This document shows, one piece after another, positions 19,974-30,513 of a stretch of DNA of 64,000 bases (positions are counted from its first letter, which is position 1; each line of letters opens with the position of its first letter). Where the stretch lies: contig JBBIIG010000004.1 in NCBI GenBank assembly GCA_037446635.1, positions 44,186 through 108,185 on the forward strand. Reading direction: 5' to 3'. This DNA comes from a bacterium (GTDB taxonomy: Bacteria; Zhuqueibacterota; Zhuqueibacteria; Oceanimicrobiales; Oceanimicrobiaceae). The notes below the pieces were generated by a model. It was given only the letters and a program-made list of their open reading frames with translations. It was not told the DNA's origin and made no database searches. The position numbers and the translations under genes were made by a program.

Positions 19974-20115
19974 CCACACGGATTTAAGAAACACTGATAA
20001 AGCTTTTGAAAAATCCGTGTGATTCCTTCCGCCAAAGCGGATCCGCCAGGCGGACAATCCGTGTGGACTTTCAGTGATTTTGATAAGCTCTGCGTTCTCG
20101 GCTCTCTCTGCGGTG
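19974..20115. repeat. Cluster of palindromic repeats between co-oriented genes
   Basis: CCACACGGATT/AATCCGTGTGG arms enclose TCCGCCAAAGCGGA-TCCGCCAGGCGGA. A CTCTGCG...CTCTGCGGTG half element follows. Confidence 0.6.
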
Positions 20116-20136
20116 AATGATTCAGGCTCACGGATT

Positions 20137-22767
20137 TTAAAACGCCGCGCGATAGAACGGCAAATAATCGAACAGGGCGTAGCGCTGGTCGATGTACCAC
20201 CAGGCGCCGCCTAAAATCAACAGCCCTAAAATCACCGCCGTGAAAAGGGCGTTGAACAACGTCAAATTAAAAACCACCCGGCTGCCGCGAAAAATGCGGA
20301 TGGCGGTCCAAACCGCAAACAGCAGAACCAGCAGGATGGCATAACTCGCGGCGCCGGTCTGACTGATGATGCGATAATAGATGGGAACGATCGGCAGCAG
20401 CCAGAGAAAGTTCGCGCTGTCCCAAACCACCATCGTATAAAACTGGGTCGCGGGCGTATTTTCACCGATAACCAAATCAAGCGTTCTCAAAAAAATCGTG
20501 ACAACGATACCAAGAAGGATCAGCGCCAAAAAACATACGGGGATGAAGAGCAGCGGATTCCAAATCAAGCGAATCACCATCAGCTTCAGCGGCGGCGAGG
20601 CGAAAAAAAGATCCAGCAATGAGTTGAAAAGCAAGTGGTCGCGAAATCGAAAAGCGATGCTGGAAAGGATGATGCTGATCAACAAACTAATGACAAAGCT
20701 CAACAGGATGGTGTGAAAAAAAGGCGTCTTTCTGCGCTCGCGCAGCTCAACGTAAAAACCGTGAGGATACAAAAATACCCGGCGCAGGTTCGCCCGCAAA
20801 CGGGAATCGCGATTGAGATTGAAAAGAAAAATCAGGATGCTTGCGATTCCCGCAATTGGATAGATGATGGGATAATGAGCTTCGGCCGCGGTGACAGAAA
20901 CAGCTTTCGCCGGCGCTTTTGCAAAAAACGACCGCGCGATTTCATAAGCCAGACGCGATTCCACGGCGCCAGCCGCGATGCCAGAGCGATGCACATCCGG
21001 CGCCGGCTCGCGGGCAAAAAGCAGATTGGGACGCGCCTCGCGCCAGTCGCTAAAAGTATGAAACAAGACGCCCGCGGCGCGGTGAGTAGAATCCATTCGC
21101 GCCAGCGTACTCCGCAGCATCTCGGCCTGGACTTGCTGGGCTTTGCGATACTTGGATATCATCACGGAATTGCGCGGCGCGTCCATCGCCCGCGCAACGC
21201 CGCCGCTTTCATGGTGAATGAGCAAAGGAGATCCCAGCGACAACAAGAGCGGACGCGGCCCGGTTACCGCCGCCAAAGAATTCGACATATCGATGATGTG
21301 CTCGGCGGAACGATAATAGCCCTCGACGATGGCAAACTCGAACCCGGAAAATGGTGCGATTTTTTTTACAAAACGAAAAGAAAGGTAGGCCGGCAGAGAC
21401 GATCGCTTGCGCAACCGCTCCCGCAGTTCATTTAAAAAGTTGACCGTGGCTGGACGTTCCGTCAACAAATCCGTTCCCAGCCCCCAGCCCGCCGTGGCGA
21501 CGTGCAGCGCATCCCGCTTCAGCATTTCCTCAAAATAGTTTTGAGCCAGATCGACAAACTCCGGATTGAGAAAAAAATTATCCGGAATCGTGTGCAGCGG
21601 CATTTCCTGAAAAACCAACAGGCCGATCTCGTCGCAGGCGTCTAAAAAAAACGGCGGCGCGGGCGTCCCGAAAATCCGCACCAAGTTGGCGCCGCTCTCT
21701 TTGATTCGCCGCACTTGCCGGCGGGCTTCGGCGGCGCTGAAAATCGCGCCGGCGTCCACGGCGGTCTCGGCCCAATCGAATCCTCTGATCTCGAAAGGCT
21801 GGCCGTTTAACATGAAGCGCCCGCCGGCAATCCTGAAAGCTTTAAAACCGATCCGCTTCACCACTTCATCGATGATTTCCGAATTTCGCGTTAAGAAAAG
21901 CCGAAGCTGATACAGGGCTGGCCGCTCGGGAGACCACAATGCTGGCTGTGGAATTTCCAGATCGATCGTGCAGTTCGCCGCGCCCACAGTGAAGATCAAA
22001 TCATGCGCTGGCGAGCGACTAATTAAACCTTTGCCGGCGGCATCCCATAACTCAACCCGGCAGGCAACGGGGTCTTCCAGATCGCGCAGACGATTTTGAA
22101 TGTGCGTTTCCACAATCAGATCGCAGCGGGTGTAATCTGTCGCAAACGTTTCCGCGATACGCACATCTTCGATGGCAACCGCCGCGGAAATTTGTAAAAA
22201 GATATCTCGGAAAATCCCGCCGTAGTTGAATGGAAAATGCAAGCGATGGCGCGGCGGCAAGCTGGCGCGGGGGTGCAGCCGGTTGTCCACCACAACACGA
22301 ATCTCATTTTCAGCAAGCGGGCGCAGCGCCTCCGTGGGAATTTCCAACTCAAAAGAAGTGTGGCCGCCGTTGTGCAGGCCAACGTAAGAATCATTGACAT
22401 AAATCTCGCAGCGATTGTTTATGCCGAGAGCAATTAAGTGGACCGCTTTGCTCGCCAAGTTAGCGCCCACTGAAAACACCCGCCGAAATTCAACCTCGCC
22501 CTCGAATTCATACACCCCCGGCACGGAGACGGAATTCCACTGAGCTTCGCCCTTGAGCCGCGCCTCCCAAGGTCCGTTTAAATTGATGATGCTGCGCGCA
22601 GCCGAGGATGCGCGCAGCAGCGAGTCGGCCAAAGAGGCTTCAGCAGGGGGACGAGCAACGTAGCGCGTTCGCCAGTCGTTGGTGGAAAGCGCACTCGCGG
22701 AATAAAGCAGATTAAATGTGCACAGGGCGCAAATAAACATCGCCCTCGCCGGCGGATGGCGTCTCAT
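20137..22767 (-). CDS. GH2-like protein fused to a C-terminal multi-TM domain, catalytic residues apparently degenerate
   Basis: LNGPW, NYGGIFRDI, LWSPERPALY, FMLNGQP GH2 motifs; about six C-terminal TMs; start uncertain. Confidence 0.8.
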   Translation of the reverse strand: MRRHPPARAMFICALCTFNLLYSASALSTNDWRTRYVARPPAEASLADSLLRASSAARSIINLNGPWEARLKGEAQWNSVSVPGVYEFEGEVEFRRVFSVGANLASKAVHLIALGINNRCEIYVNDSYVGLHNGGHTSFELEIPTEALRPLAENEIRVVVDNRLHPRASLPPRHRLHFPFNYGGIFRDIFLQISAAVAIEDVRIAETFATDYTRCDLIVETHIQNRLRDLEDPVACRVELWDAAGKGLISRSPAHDLIFTVGAANCTIDLEIPQPALWSPERPALYQLRLFLTRNSEIIDEVVKRIGFKAFRIAGGRFMLNGQPFEIRGFDWAETAVDAGAIFSAAEARRQVRRIKESGANLVRIFGTPAPPFFLDACDEIGLLVFQEMPLHTIPDNFFLNPEFVDLAQNYFEEMLKRDALHVATAGWGLGTDLLTERPATVNFLNELRERLRKRSSLPAYLSFRFVKKIAPFSGFEFAIVEGYYRSAEHIIDMSNSLAAVTGPRPLLLSLGSPLLIHHESGGVARAMDAPRNSVMISKYRKAQQVQAEMLRSTLARMDSTHRAAGVLFHTFSDWREARPNLLFAREPAPDVHRSGIAAGAVESRLAYEIARSFFAKAPAKAVSVTAAEAHYPIIYPIAGIASILIFLFNLNRDSRLRANLRRVFLYPHGFYVELRERRKTPFFHTILLSFVISLLISIILSSIAFRFRDHLLFNSLLDLFFASPPLKLMVIRLIWNPLLFIPVCFLALILLGIVVTIFLRTLDLVIGENTPATQFYTMVVWDSANFLWLLPIVPIYYRIISQTGAASYAILLVLLFAVWTAIRIFRGSRVVFNLTLFNALFTAVILGLLILGGAWWYIDQRYALFDYLPFYRAAF

Positions 22768-22882
22768 TTTTCTGAAAGGTTGTTCGGAGCAATAATTTAA
22801 TTTAGGATAATTTGAAGTAAAAGCAAGTTTGTGCTTTACTTTTTTAAGACGGTTTCTTATAATGAGGCTCAAAAAATCCTCT

Positions 22883-24883
22883 ATGACAACTTTCCCTCTA
22901 ACCCACCGGCGACTCGTCGCTGCCCTGGCGGTTTGGTTTGGAATTTTGGCGAGCAGCCTTTCAGCGCAGACATCCGAAGCGCCGGTCGATGGAATCGCCT
23001 ACCTGAAATTGAACCTCCCAAAACTGGTTTTGAAGGACGCCAGTTTCGAGGTGAACATTCAGGCGATGACCGGCGACAGCGCCCTCGCGCGGGCTTTTTC
23101 GGGAATCGCTCTCGTCTCCGGATTAGAAATCAAAACTTCCGCAAAAATTTATAAACGAATCGAGGGCATCGAATTTCGCGACGGCCGCGCAACGATTTCC
23201 AATGCCGCTATTCGCAAGACCGGCAGCCAGGCCGTAACGGTTGTACTTGATGGAATTCGCGCCGAGGCGCAAACGCGGGTCATCCCCGGCATCTTGAGCC
23301 TGCTGCCGCCGATCCTCGCTATTGCGCTGGCGTTCATCGCGCGGCAGGTGCTGCTCTCGCTGTTTTGCGGCGTCTGGTTAGGCAGCATGTTTGTTTTTGA
23401 CTACAACCCGCTGCAGGGCTTTATCAAAACCGTTGACACCTATCTCGTGAAAGCGCTGGCCGATTCCAGCCACGCCTCGATTCTGATTTTTAGCATGACG
23501 TTGGGCGGGATGGTGGGCGTGATCTCCAAAGCCGGCGGCACGCAAGGCATCGTGCAGAAACTTTCGAAATTTGCCAAGAACCAGCGCGGCGGCCAACTGG
23601 CGACCTGGGCCATGGGGGTGCTGATTTTTTTTGATGATTACGCCAACACGCTCATCGTCGGCAACACCATGCGCCCGTTCACCGATCGCCTGCGCGTTTC
23701 TCGTGAAAAGCTTTCGTACATCGTGGACTCCACCTCGGCGCCCATCGCTTCGATTGCGTTGATTTCCACCTGGATCGGATTTCAAATCGGCCTGATCGAT
23801 CAAGCGTTCGATGCCCTGAAAATCGAGCACAACGCCTACAATATTTTTCTGGAGTCGATTCCGTTTTCTACTTACAGCATCCTGGCCGTTCTATTTGTGT
23901 TGGTCATCGCGTTGGCGCAGCGCGATTTTGGCCCTATGTATCGCGCCGAGATACGGGCGCTGCGCTTTGGCAAAGTTTTACGCGACGGCGCGCAACCCCT
24001 CACCGACAGCGCGGCGCTGGATATGACCGCCGACGAGCGCACGCCGCTGCGGTGGTACAACGCCCTCATTCCAATCATAGTTGTGATCGGGGTGACCCTG
24101 GTGGGTTTGTATTTAGATGGCAGAACGTCGCTGGGAGAAGCAGCGGCCACGGCAAAATTAGGAGATATCTTTGGGGCGGCGAACTCGTTTTCGGTTTTGA
24201 TGTGGGCCGCCTTCACCGGCCTACTCACGGCGATGGCGTTGAGCGTGTCTCAAAAAATTTTGACGCTCAACGAAACTCTCAACGCCGCGGTCAACGGCTA
24301 CAAGTCGATGTTGATGGCCGCCATGATCTTGATCCTGGCGTGGGCCATCGGGGAGATTTGTAAAGACCTGCACACCGCCGACTACGTCATCGAATTTAGC
24401 AAAGGCATTCTATCCCCCCACATCATTCCGTTCGTGACCTTCATCGTCGCGGCGTTCATCAGTTTTTCCACCGGCACCTCGTGGGCGACCATGGCCATCC
24501 TGACGCCCATCGTCATTCCCATCGCCTACCAGCTTCCGTTGGAGGCCGGGCTCAACAGCACGTTGAGCCACGAAATTCTCATCGGCACGGTTGGCGCCGT
24601 GTTGTCAGGCTCGGTCATGGGCGATCACTGTTCTCCCATTTCCGATACCACGATTCTTTCTTCCATGTCGTCCGCTGCGGACCACGTGGATCATGTGCGC
24701 ACGCAACTACCCTACGCCATTTTGGTGGGAATGGTAGCTTCGTTGAGCGGTTATCTTCCCAACGGCTGGGGCTTCAACACCTACCTGTCGCTGCTGGCTG
24801 GCGCGATCGCGCTCACGGCGATCGTTTTCATTTTTGGCAAACCTTCCGACCGAATTACAGAGGGCGTCCAACCAAAAGCTTAA
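22883..24883 (+). CDS. Na+/H+ antiporter NhaC family protein with N-terminal extracellular domain
   Basis: FFDDYAN, SREKLSYIVDSTSAP, FSTGTSW, GDHCSPISDTT, HVRTQLPYA. Confidence 0.92.
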   Translation: MTTFPLTHRRLVAALAVWFGILASSLSAQTSEAPVDGIAYLKLNLPKLVLKDASFEVNIQAMTGDSALARAFSGIALVSGLEIKTSAKIYKRIEGIEFRDGRATISNAAIRKTGSQAVTVVLDGIRAEAQTRVIPGILSLLPPILAIALAFIARQVLLSLFCGVWLGSMFVFDYNPLQGFIKTVDTYLVKALADSSHASILIFSMTLGGMVGVISKAGGTQGIVQKLSKFAKNQRGGQLATWAMGVLIFFDDYANTLIVGNTMRPFTDRLRVSREKLSYIVDSTSAPIASIALISTWIGFQIGLIDQAFDALKIEHNAYNIFLESIPFSTYSILAVLFVLVIALAQRDFGPMYRAEIRALRFGKVLRDGAQPLTDSAALDMTADERTPLRWYNALIPIIVVIGVTLVGLYLDGRTSLGEAAATAKLGDIFGAANSFSVLMWAAFTGLLTAMALSVSQKILTLNETLNAAVNGYKSMLMAAMILILAWAIGEICKDLHTADYVIEFSKGILSPHIIPFVTFIVAAFISFSTGTSWATMAILTPIVIPIAYQLPLEAGLNSTLSHEILIGTVGAVLSGSVMGDHCSPISDTTILSSMSSAADHVDHVRTQLPYAILVGMVASLSGYLPNGWGFNTYLSLLAGAIALTAIVFIFGKPSDRITEGVQPKA

Positions 24884-25404
24884 ACCGGCTTGCAACTGCC
24901 GTTAAAATAATTTTGCTTGTACCCGACGTAACGCTCCGCGGAGCGTTTGATTAAAGTAATCTCCTCCAAAGTCAGCGAGCGCTTGACAATTGCCGGTACC
25001 CCAGCCACTAACGAGTGCTCAGGAATGTTCTCGCCTTCGCGAATGAGCGCGCCAGCCGCCACCAGCGAAAATCTCCCGATGCGCGCGCCATCTAAAATTC
25101 GCGCCCCCATCCCGATCAAACAATCATCCTCGATGGTACAGCCGTGCAAGATGGCGGCGTGTCCGATCGTCACCCGGTTGCCAATTGTTAGTATGGACCT
25201 TTGATAAGTTACGTGCAGAGTGGCGTTGTCCTGAATGTTGGAGCGCTGGCCGATGCGGATGGGGTTGACGTCGCCGCGCGCGACAACATTAAACCAAACG
25301 CTGGAATCTTCGCCAATCTCCACGTCGCCGATAATGGTGGCGGTGGCGGCAATAAAAACAGAGGGGTGAATTTTAGGGTGGGCGCCGTTATATGAAAAAA
25401 GCAT
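24880..25404 (-). CDS. Gamma carbonic anhydrase family (YrdA-like) protein
   Basis: Hexapeptide repeats, RGDVN, NIQD..LH, IGHAAILHGC. Confidence 0.92.
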   Translation of the reverse strand: MLFSYNGAHPKIHPSVFIAATATIIGDVEIGEDSSVWFNVVARGDVNPIRIGQRSNIQDNATLHVTYQRSILTIGNRVTIGHAAILHGCTIEDDCLIGMGARILDGARIGRFSLVAAGALIREGENIPEHSLVAGVPAIVKRSLTLEEITLIKRSAERYVGYKQNYFNGSCKPV

Positions 25405-25442
25405 GGTTCCCTCCAGTTCGTGAACTCTTTGCAAAAAAGTCT

Positions 25443-25507
25443 CACGCAAATCCGCAAAGGCGCTAAGAAGCATAAAAAAAATCTTTGCGTCTCCGCGTCT
25501 TTGCGTG
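25443..25507. repeat. Imperfect palindrome built of CGCAAAG-like units
   Basis: CACGCAAATCCGCAAAGGCGCTAAG ... CTTTGCGTCTCCGCGTCTTTGCGTG. Confidence 0.6.
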
Positions 25508-25552
25508 CGCTCTTTTTTGGTAGCGGCTTGGACTCTATTGTTGAAAATTGTT

Positions 25553-26512
25553 TCAGTCGAGGTTGTTGGCGATTTTAACCGCGCGCACCATGGCGTCCGC
25601 CACCAGTTCCGCAGCCGCGCTTCCGATGGTGGTAACGTTGCCCCGTTTCTGGCCAACGGAAAGGCAAAACACCAGGTCGCCATCGAACGGGGTGTGCGCC
25701 GGCCGCGTCGCGCGGCCCAGCCCATCTTGCGCCATCTCCGCAATTTTAATGGCTTCTTCTTTTGTCAGCAAGGCATCGGTCGCGACGACCGCTAAGGTGG
25801 TGCTGCTGGCCGCGCGGAAGGGTTCCACCGCAAATGGCTCGATGGCGTGGGTTTTCAAATAGCGCTCGCAATTGATGAACTCGCCGGATTGCGGGTCGCG
25901 CGCGCCGGCGATAATTTCTCCGGAATAGGGGTCAACCACATCGCCGAACGAATTCACCACCACCAGGCTGCCAACATACATCTCGCCCAATTTAAGGGAG
26001 TTGGTTCCCACTCCTCCTTTCATGCGAAATTCGTAGCCCGCTGCCTTTCCCACAGTGGCGCCGCAGCCCGCGCCGACTCGGCCCTCTTGTGGAGCTTTGG
26101 AACTGGCGTGCGCCGCGGCGGCGTATCCCATTTGCTTATCCGGGCGAATTTTAGCATCGCCCTCCCGCAAATCAAAAATAACCGCCGCCGGCACAATGGG
26201 CACTTTAGTGATGCCCACGTCGTAGCCGATATTGCGCTCTTCGAGAAATTGCTGCACCCCACCGGCGGCGTCCAGTCCAAAGGCGCTGCCCCCAGTCAGC
26301 AGAATCGCATGAATTTTAGGAACCAGCCGCACCGGCCGCAAAGTCTCGACTTCCCGGGTGCCGGGCGCGGAGCCGCGGATATCGACGCCAGCGACTGCGC
26401 CGTTCTCCGGCAAAATCACCGTGCAGCCGGTCATGCCGGCTTCGTTCTGGGCATGTCCGACTTTGACGCCGGGAACATCGCAAATGGAGCCGGTTTTGTT
26501 GATCTTATTCAA
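25553..26512 (-). CDS. P1 (DmpA-like, S58) family peptidase
   Basis: DVPGVKVGHA, TGCTV, GSAPGTRE, GGSAFGL, HTPFDGD. Confidence 0.9.
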   Translation of the reverse strand: MNKINKTGSICDVPGVKVGHAQNEAGMTGCTVILPENGAVAGVDIRGSAPGTREVETLRPVRLVPKIHAILLTGGSAFGLDAAGGVQQFLEERNIGYDVGITKVPIVPAAVIFDLREGDAKIRPDKQMGYAAAAHASSKAPQEGRVGAGCGATVGKAAGYEFRMKGGVGTNSLKLGEMYVGSLVVVNSFGDVVDPYSGEIIAGARDPQSGEFINCERYLKTHAIEPFAVEPFRAASSTTLAVVATDALLTKEEAIKIAEMAQDGLGRATRPAHTPFDGDLVFCLSVGQKRGNVTTIGSAAAELVADAMVRAVKIANNLD

Positions 26513-27666
26513 GACTCTTTCTCGGGATGGGATCGGAAAAGTTGGAACCGTTTCCTGAGAGGAGTTTTGCGGGAGGGCACTTCCAAGATCAAGCTGCTGT
26601 CGTTGAAGAAAAACAAATCGCCGATGACCAGACCGATGGATCGCCGCAGCGGCTTCCAGTTTTCGCGATAGGCGTAGGCATCGACTTTGGTGCCTTCGCG
26701 GCCTTTGGTGACCAGCCGCACGCGCTGGGGAAACTCGCGATTGATCATAAACGGCGAATGGGTGGTGAAAATCAACTGATTTTTGATGGCGAGGTCTTCG
26801 ATGACGCGCGTTAAATCTTTCTGGCCAGCGGGATGCAGATGGATGCCGGGCTCATCCAGCAGAAAAAAATATTCATTGGCTTTGGCCTCGAACGTTTGCG
26901 CGATAAAATTGATGTAAAAAGACAAGTACCAGCGGAAGCCCAGGCTGCGCGACTCCGGCGTGTCATACACGGTCGTGCCGTCGGAAATGTCGATGTACAA
27001 AACTTTGCCGTTGACGTTGAGCTTGATTTCGATGGTGGGTTCCTGCGACCAGACGCGGCGGATTTGCTGGGTGATGAGCCGGCCGGCTTCTTCGCTGGCG
27101 CGGCGGCCGCGCGTCGAATCTTCAAAGATGATTTCAAAATTATTTTGCAGCCCGCCGATCTTGAGCAAATTTCTTTCGGTGAGAAAATTCTTGTCGCCGT
27201 TCAACAACGTCTCCAGCTCCACCCGATTCTTGATCAACGAAATGCTTTCGAAGTACAAAATTTTCGGCAGCAGCTCCAAAAATCGCCGCATGTTGAGAAT
27301 TTTGATCTCTTCGTTGTTGGCGTAAACATGATAGTTCGAAAGTTCGGGGCCATCCTTTTTCACCAGGAATTTTTCCACGTCTTTAAACGCCTCGGAAATC
27401 GGCATCAAATTTCTTTTGTTGTCGCGCGAAAGCTGAGTGAACTCAAACGTGATTTCCGGACATTTGCCTTGATAGTAGTAATCGGAGTATTGGCAGGTGA
27501 GGTGGTTGGTAAATGGGAAATCCGGGCGAAACGACTCGAGGGCGCGCAGGAGATTGGTTTTGCCGCTTTCGTTGGCGCCAATCAGCACGCTCACTTTTGG
27601 ATCCACGGGCAGAGTTAATTCAAAAATCGACCGAAAAGCTTTGACGTGCACACTGCTTATTAACAT
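26509..27666 (-). CDS. ABC-type ATPase of OLD/AAA_15-like family, no TOPRIM domain
   Basis: Walker A GANESGKT, signature-like RSLGFRW, Walker B LLDEPG, H-loop TTHSP. Confidence 0.8.
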   Translation of the reverse strand: MLISSVHVKAFRSIFELTLPVDPKVSVLIGANESGKTNLLRALESFRPDFPFTNHLTCQYSDYYYQGKCPEITFEFTQLSRDNKRNLMPISEAFKDVEKFLVKKDGPELSNYHVYANNEEIKILNMRRFLELLPKILYFESISLIKNRVELETLLNGDKNFLTERNLLKIGGLQNNFEIIFEDSTRGRRASEEAGRLITQQIRRVWSQEPTIEIKLNVNGKVLYIDISDGTTVYDTPESRSLGFRWYLSFYINFIAQTFEAKANEYFFLLDEPGIHLHPAGQKDLTRVIEDLAIKNQLIFTTHSPFMINREFPQRVRLVTKGREGTKVDAYAYRENWKPLRRSIGLVIGDLFFFNDSSLILEVPSRKTPLRKRFQLFRSHPEKES

Positions 27667-27692
27667 GAATCATCCTTAATTAACGCGAGCTT

Positions 27693-27721
27693 AATATAAA
27701 GACGGGGCAAAACCAAAGCAA
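27693..27721 (-). promoter_or_regulatory. Sigma70-type promoter for the ATPase gene
   Basis: TTGCTT-17bp-TATATT on the minus strand. Confidence 0.55.
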
Positions 27722-27785
27722 GAAAAATTCTTAAACCGCGATCGGTGGGAGCCAGCAGAATCGTTTAAACCCGCCTACGAAATTT

Positions 27786-27934
27786 AACACCGAAATACAC
27801 CGAAAATATTTTTTGACTGGGTTCTGCTAACCTGAATGATTTACCACGAAGATCATGAAGCTTTTATTTTTCGTGATCTTCGTGGTAACATTCCGGCTCA
27901 CGTCAATTCTGCGCTTCCAGTGTCATTCGGTGTT
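27786..27934. repeat. Nested inverted repeats downstream of clpC
   Basis: Outer AACACCGAA.../...TTCGGTGTT. Inner TTACCACGAAGATCATGAA/TTCGTGATCTTCGTGGTAA at 27841-27888. Confidence 0.7.
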
Positions 27935-27949
27935 TTATTAAAAATGACG

Positions 27950-30439
27950 TTATCCTTCGATCTCTTGTTCTTTGGGTTTTTGTTTATTGCGGTTCGGGGC
28001 AACTTTGGTGATCTTTTTGCGCTCCACTTCCACAAACTCCAGCTCCTCGCCTTTTTTGCGCACCTGTATGCGGCTGCCTTCGGAGAATTTATTTTTGAGA
28101 ATTTCTTCCGCAATCGGATCTTCCACATACTTTTGGATGGTGCGGCGCAGCGGCCGCGCGCCATACACCGGATCGAATCCGCGTTCCACCACGAATTCTT
28201 TGGCGCTCTTGGTGAGCTCCACTTCGATGGACATGTCTTCGACTTTCTTCAAAGTCTCGGCAATCACCACGTCCACGATTTGCAGCATGTGTTCTTTGGC
28301 CAGCGAACGGAAGACCACAATTTCATCGACGCGGTTGATGAATTCCGGATTAAAAATGCGCTTGACCTCGTCCATGATTTTGTGGCGCATAGCCTCGTAG
28401 TCGATGTCGTCGCGGATGGCTGCGAACCCGATGCCGCCGCCTTTGCGGATTTCGCGCGCGCCGATGTTGGAGGTCATGATCAAAATAGTGTTGCGGAAAT
28501 CCACGCGGCGGCCGAGGCCGTCGGTCAATTGGCCGTCATCCAAAATTTGCAGCAGGATATTGAATACATCCGGATGGGCTTTTTCGATTTCATCAAACAA
28601 GACCACGCTGTAGGGGTGGCGGCGCACTTTTTCGGTGAGCTGCCCGCCCTCTTCGTAACCGACGTATCCCGGAGGCGCGCCGGTCAAACGCGACACGGAG
28701 AATTTCTCCATGTACTCCGACATGTCGATGCGCACCAATGAATCTTCATCTTCAAACAACGCGATTGCCAATTCTTTTGCCAATTGGGTTTTACCCACGC
28801 CGGTGGGGCCGAGAAAAATGAAGGAGCCGATGGGGCGATGCGGGTCTTTCAAGCCCGCGCGAGTGCGGCGGATGGCTTTGCTCAACAGCTTGATGGCGTC
28901 GTCCTGGCCAATGATGTGCCGCTTGAGGACGTCTTCCAAATTTAAAATCTTTTCCGATTCCGATTGCGCCACTTTCTTCACCGGGATGCCGGTCATCATC
29001 GAAACTACTTCCGCGATATCATCTTCGGTGACGGTTGCGAGATAATCTTCTTCGGAATCTTTCCACCTTCGCTTGGCGGCGTCCAATTTGCGGTTAAGCC
29101 GCTTTTCCTGATCACGCAAAATGGCGGCGCGCTCGAACTCCTGGGCTTTGATGACCGCGTCTTTGTCGCGGCGTACTTTTTTAATTTCTTCCTCCAGCTC
29201 GGTGATCTCTTTTGGCACCACAATGTTGGCAAGATGCACGCGCGCGCCGGCCTCGTCCAACACGTCGATGGATTTGTCGGGTAAAAAGCGATCGGTGATG
29301 TAGCGCTCCGAAAGTTTGACCGCGGCTTTGATGGCGCCGTCATCGTAGTAAACTTTGTGGTGTTTTTCGTAGCGATCTTTCAGTCCTTCCAAAATTTGCA
29401 GCGTCTCATCGGCGGAGGGCGGATCGACCATAATTTTCTGGAAGCGGCGCTCGAGCGCTCCGTCTTTTTCAATGTACTGGCGGAACTCGTCGAGGGTGGT
29501 GGCGCCGATACATTGCAGCTCGCCGCGCGCCAACGCCGGCTTGAACATATTGGAAGCATCCAACGAGCCGGAAGCGCCGCCAGCGCCAACGATGGTGTGC
29601 AGCTCGTCAATAAACAAAATGACGTCTTTGGCGCGCTGCAGCTCGTTCATAATCGCCTTCATGCGTTCTTCGAACTGGCCGCGGTACTTGGTACCGGCGA
29701 CGATGGCGCCCAGGTCTAGCGTCACCACGCGCTTGTTGTGAAGTATGCGCGGCACTTTGCGCTCGACGATTCGCAGCGCCAAGCCTTCGGCGATGGCGGT
29801 TTTGCCAACGCCCGGCTCGCCGATCAGCACCGGGTTGTTTTTCTTCCGGCGGCTGAGAATCTGCGCCACGCGCTGAATTTCATTGTCGCGGCCGATGATG
29901 GGATCGAGTTCGCCCTTGCGCGCCAGCTCGGTGAGATCGCGGCCAAAATGATCGAGGGCCGGGGTTTTTGATTTTTGTGGGTTGGATTCGCGGTTGCTGG
30001 GAGCGCCGCGCAAAATGTTTTCCAATTCTTCGCGCACGGTGTCGTAGGTCACGTCGTAGCTCATCAGCACTTGCGCGGCCACGCCGTCTTTTTCTTTCAC
30101 CAATGCCAGCAGCAGGTGCTCGGTGCCGATGATATCGGATTTGTATTTTTCCGCTTCCACGTAAGCCATTTTCAAAATCTTTTCCGCGCGCTTGGTAAAC
30201 GGGATGTTGCCAATGGTCATGGTATCGCCGCTCGACTTCACTGAGTCTTCGATGGAGCGTTTAATTTCATCGAGATCGCACCCCAGGTTGCGGAGAATTT
30301 CAACAGCGATGCCCTCCCCTTCCCGGATCAAACCCAATAACAAGTGCTCCGTCCCGATATAATCGTGGCCTAAACGCAGCGCCTCCTCGCGGGAAAATTG
30401 AATGACCATTTGCACTCGGCTCGAAAAGTTATTCTTCAT
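27950..30439 (-). CDS. clpC: ATP-dependent Clp protease ATP-binding subunit ClpC
   Basis: Double Clp-N domains, [12 protein letters not shown]-domain, [12 protein letters not shown] loop, YGARPLRR. Confidence 0.97.
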   Translation of the reverse strand: MKNNFSSRVQMVIQFSREEALRLGHDYIGTEHLLLGLIREGEGIAVEILRNLGCDLDEIKRSIEDSVKSSGDTMTIGNIPFTKRAEKILKMAYVEAEKYKSDIIGTEHLLLALVKEKDGVAAQVLMSYDVTYDTVREELENILRGAPSNRESNPQKSKTPALDHFGRDLTELARKGELDPIIGRDNEIQRVAQILSRRKKNNPVLIGEPGVGKTAIAEGLALRIVERKVPRILHNKRVVTLDLGAIVAGTKYRGQFEERMKAIMNELQRAKDVILFIDELHTIVGAGGASGSLDASNMFKPALARGELQCIGATTLDEFRQYIEKDGALERRFQKIMVDPPSADETLQILEGLKDRYEKHHKVYYDDGAIKAAVKLSERYITDRFLPDKSIDVLDEAGARVHLANIVVPKEITELEEEIKKVRRDKDAVIKAQEFERAAILRDQEKRLNRKLDAAKRRWKDSEEDYLATVTEDDIAEVVSMMTGIPVKKVAQSESEKILNLEDVLKRHIIGQDDAIKLLSKAIRRTRAGLKDPHRPIGSFIFLGPTGVGKTQLAKELAIALFEDEDSLVRIDMSEYMEKFSVSRLTGAPPGYVGYEEGGQLTEKVRRHPYSVVLFDEIEKAHPDVFNILLQILDDGQLTDGLGRRVDFRNTILIMTSNIGAREIRKGGGIGFAAIRDDIDYEAMRHKIMDEVKRIFNPEFINRVDEIVVFRSLAKEHMLQIVDVVIAETLKKVEDMSIEVELTKSAKEFVVERGFDPVYGARPLRRTIQKYVEDPIAEEILKNKFSEGSRIQVRKKGEELEFVEVERKKITKVAPNRNKQKPKEQEIEG

Positions 30440-30513
30440 AGGTTAAGACTCCATGGCTAAAAATCATTAAATCGCTTCTGACAACAACAATATTAAAATA
30501 ATTTTGCTTCCAG

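Noticed and set aside
26509..27666. Complete Gabija/OLD/PARIS defence system
   Set aside because: No TOPRIM domain, helicase or nuclease partner is adjacent
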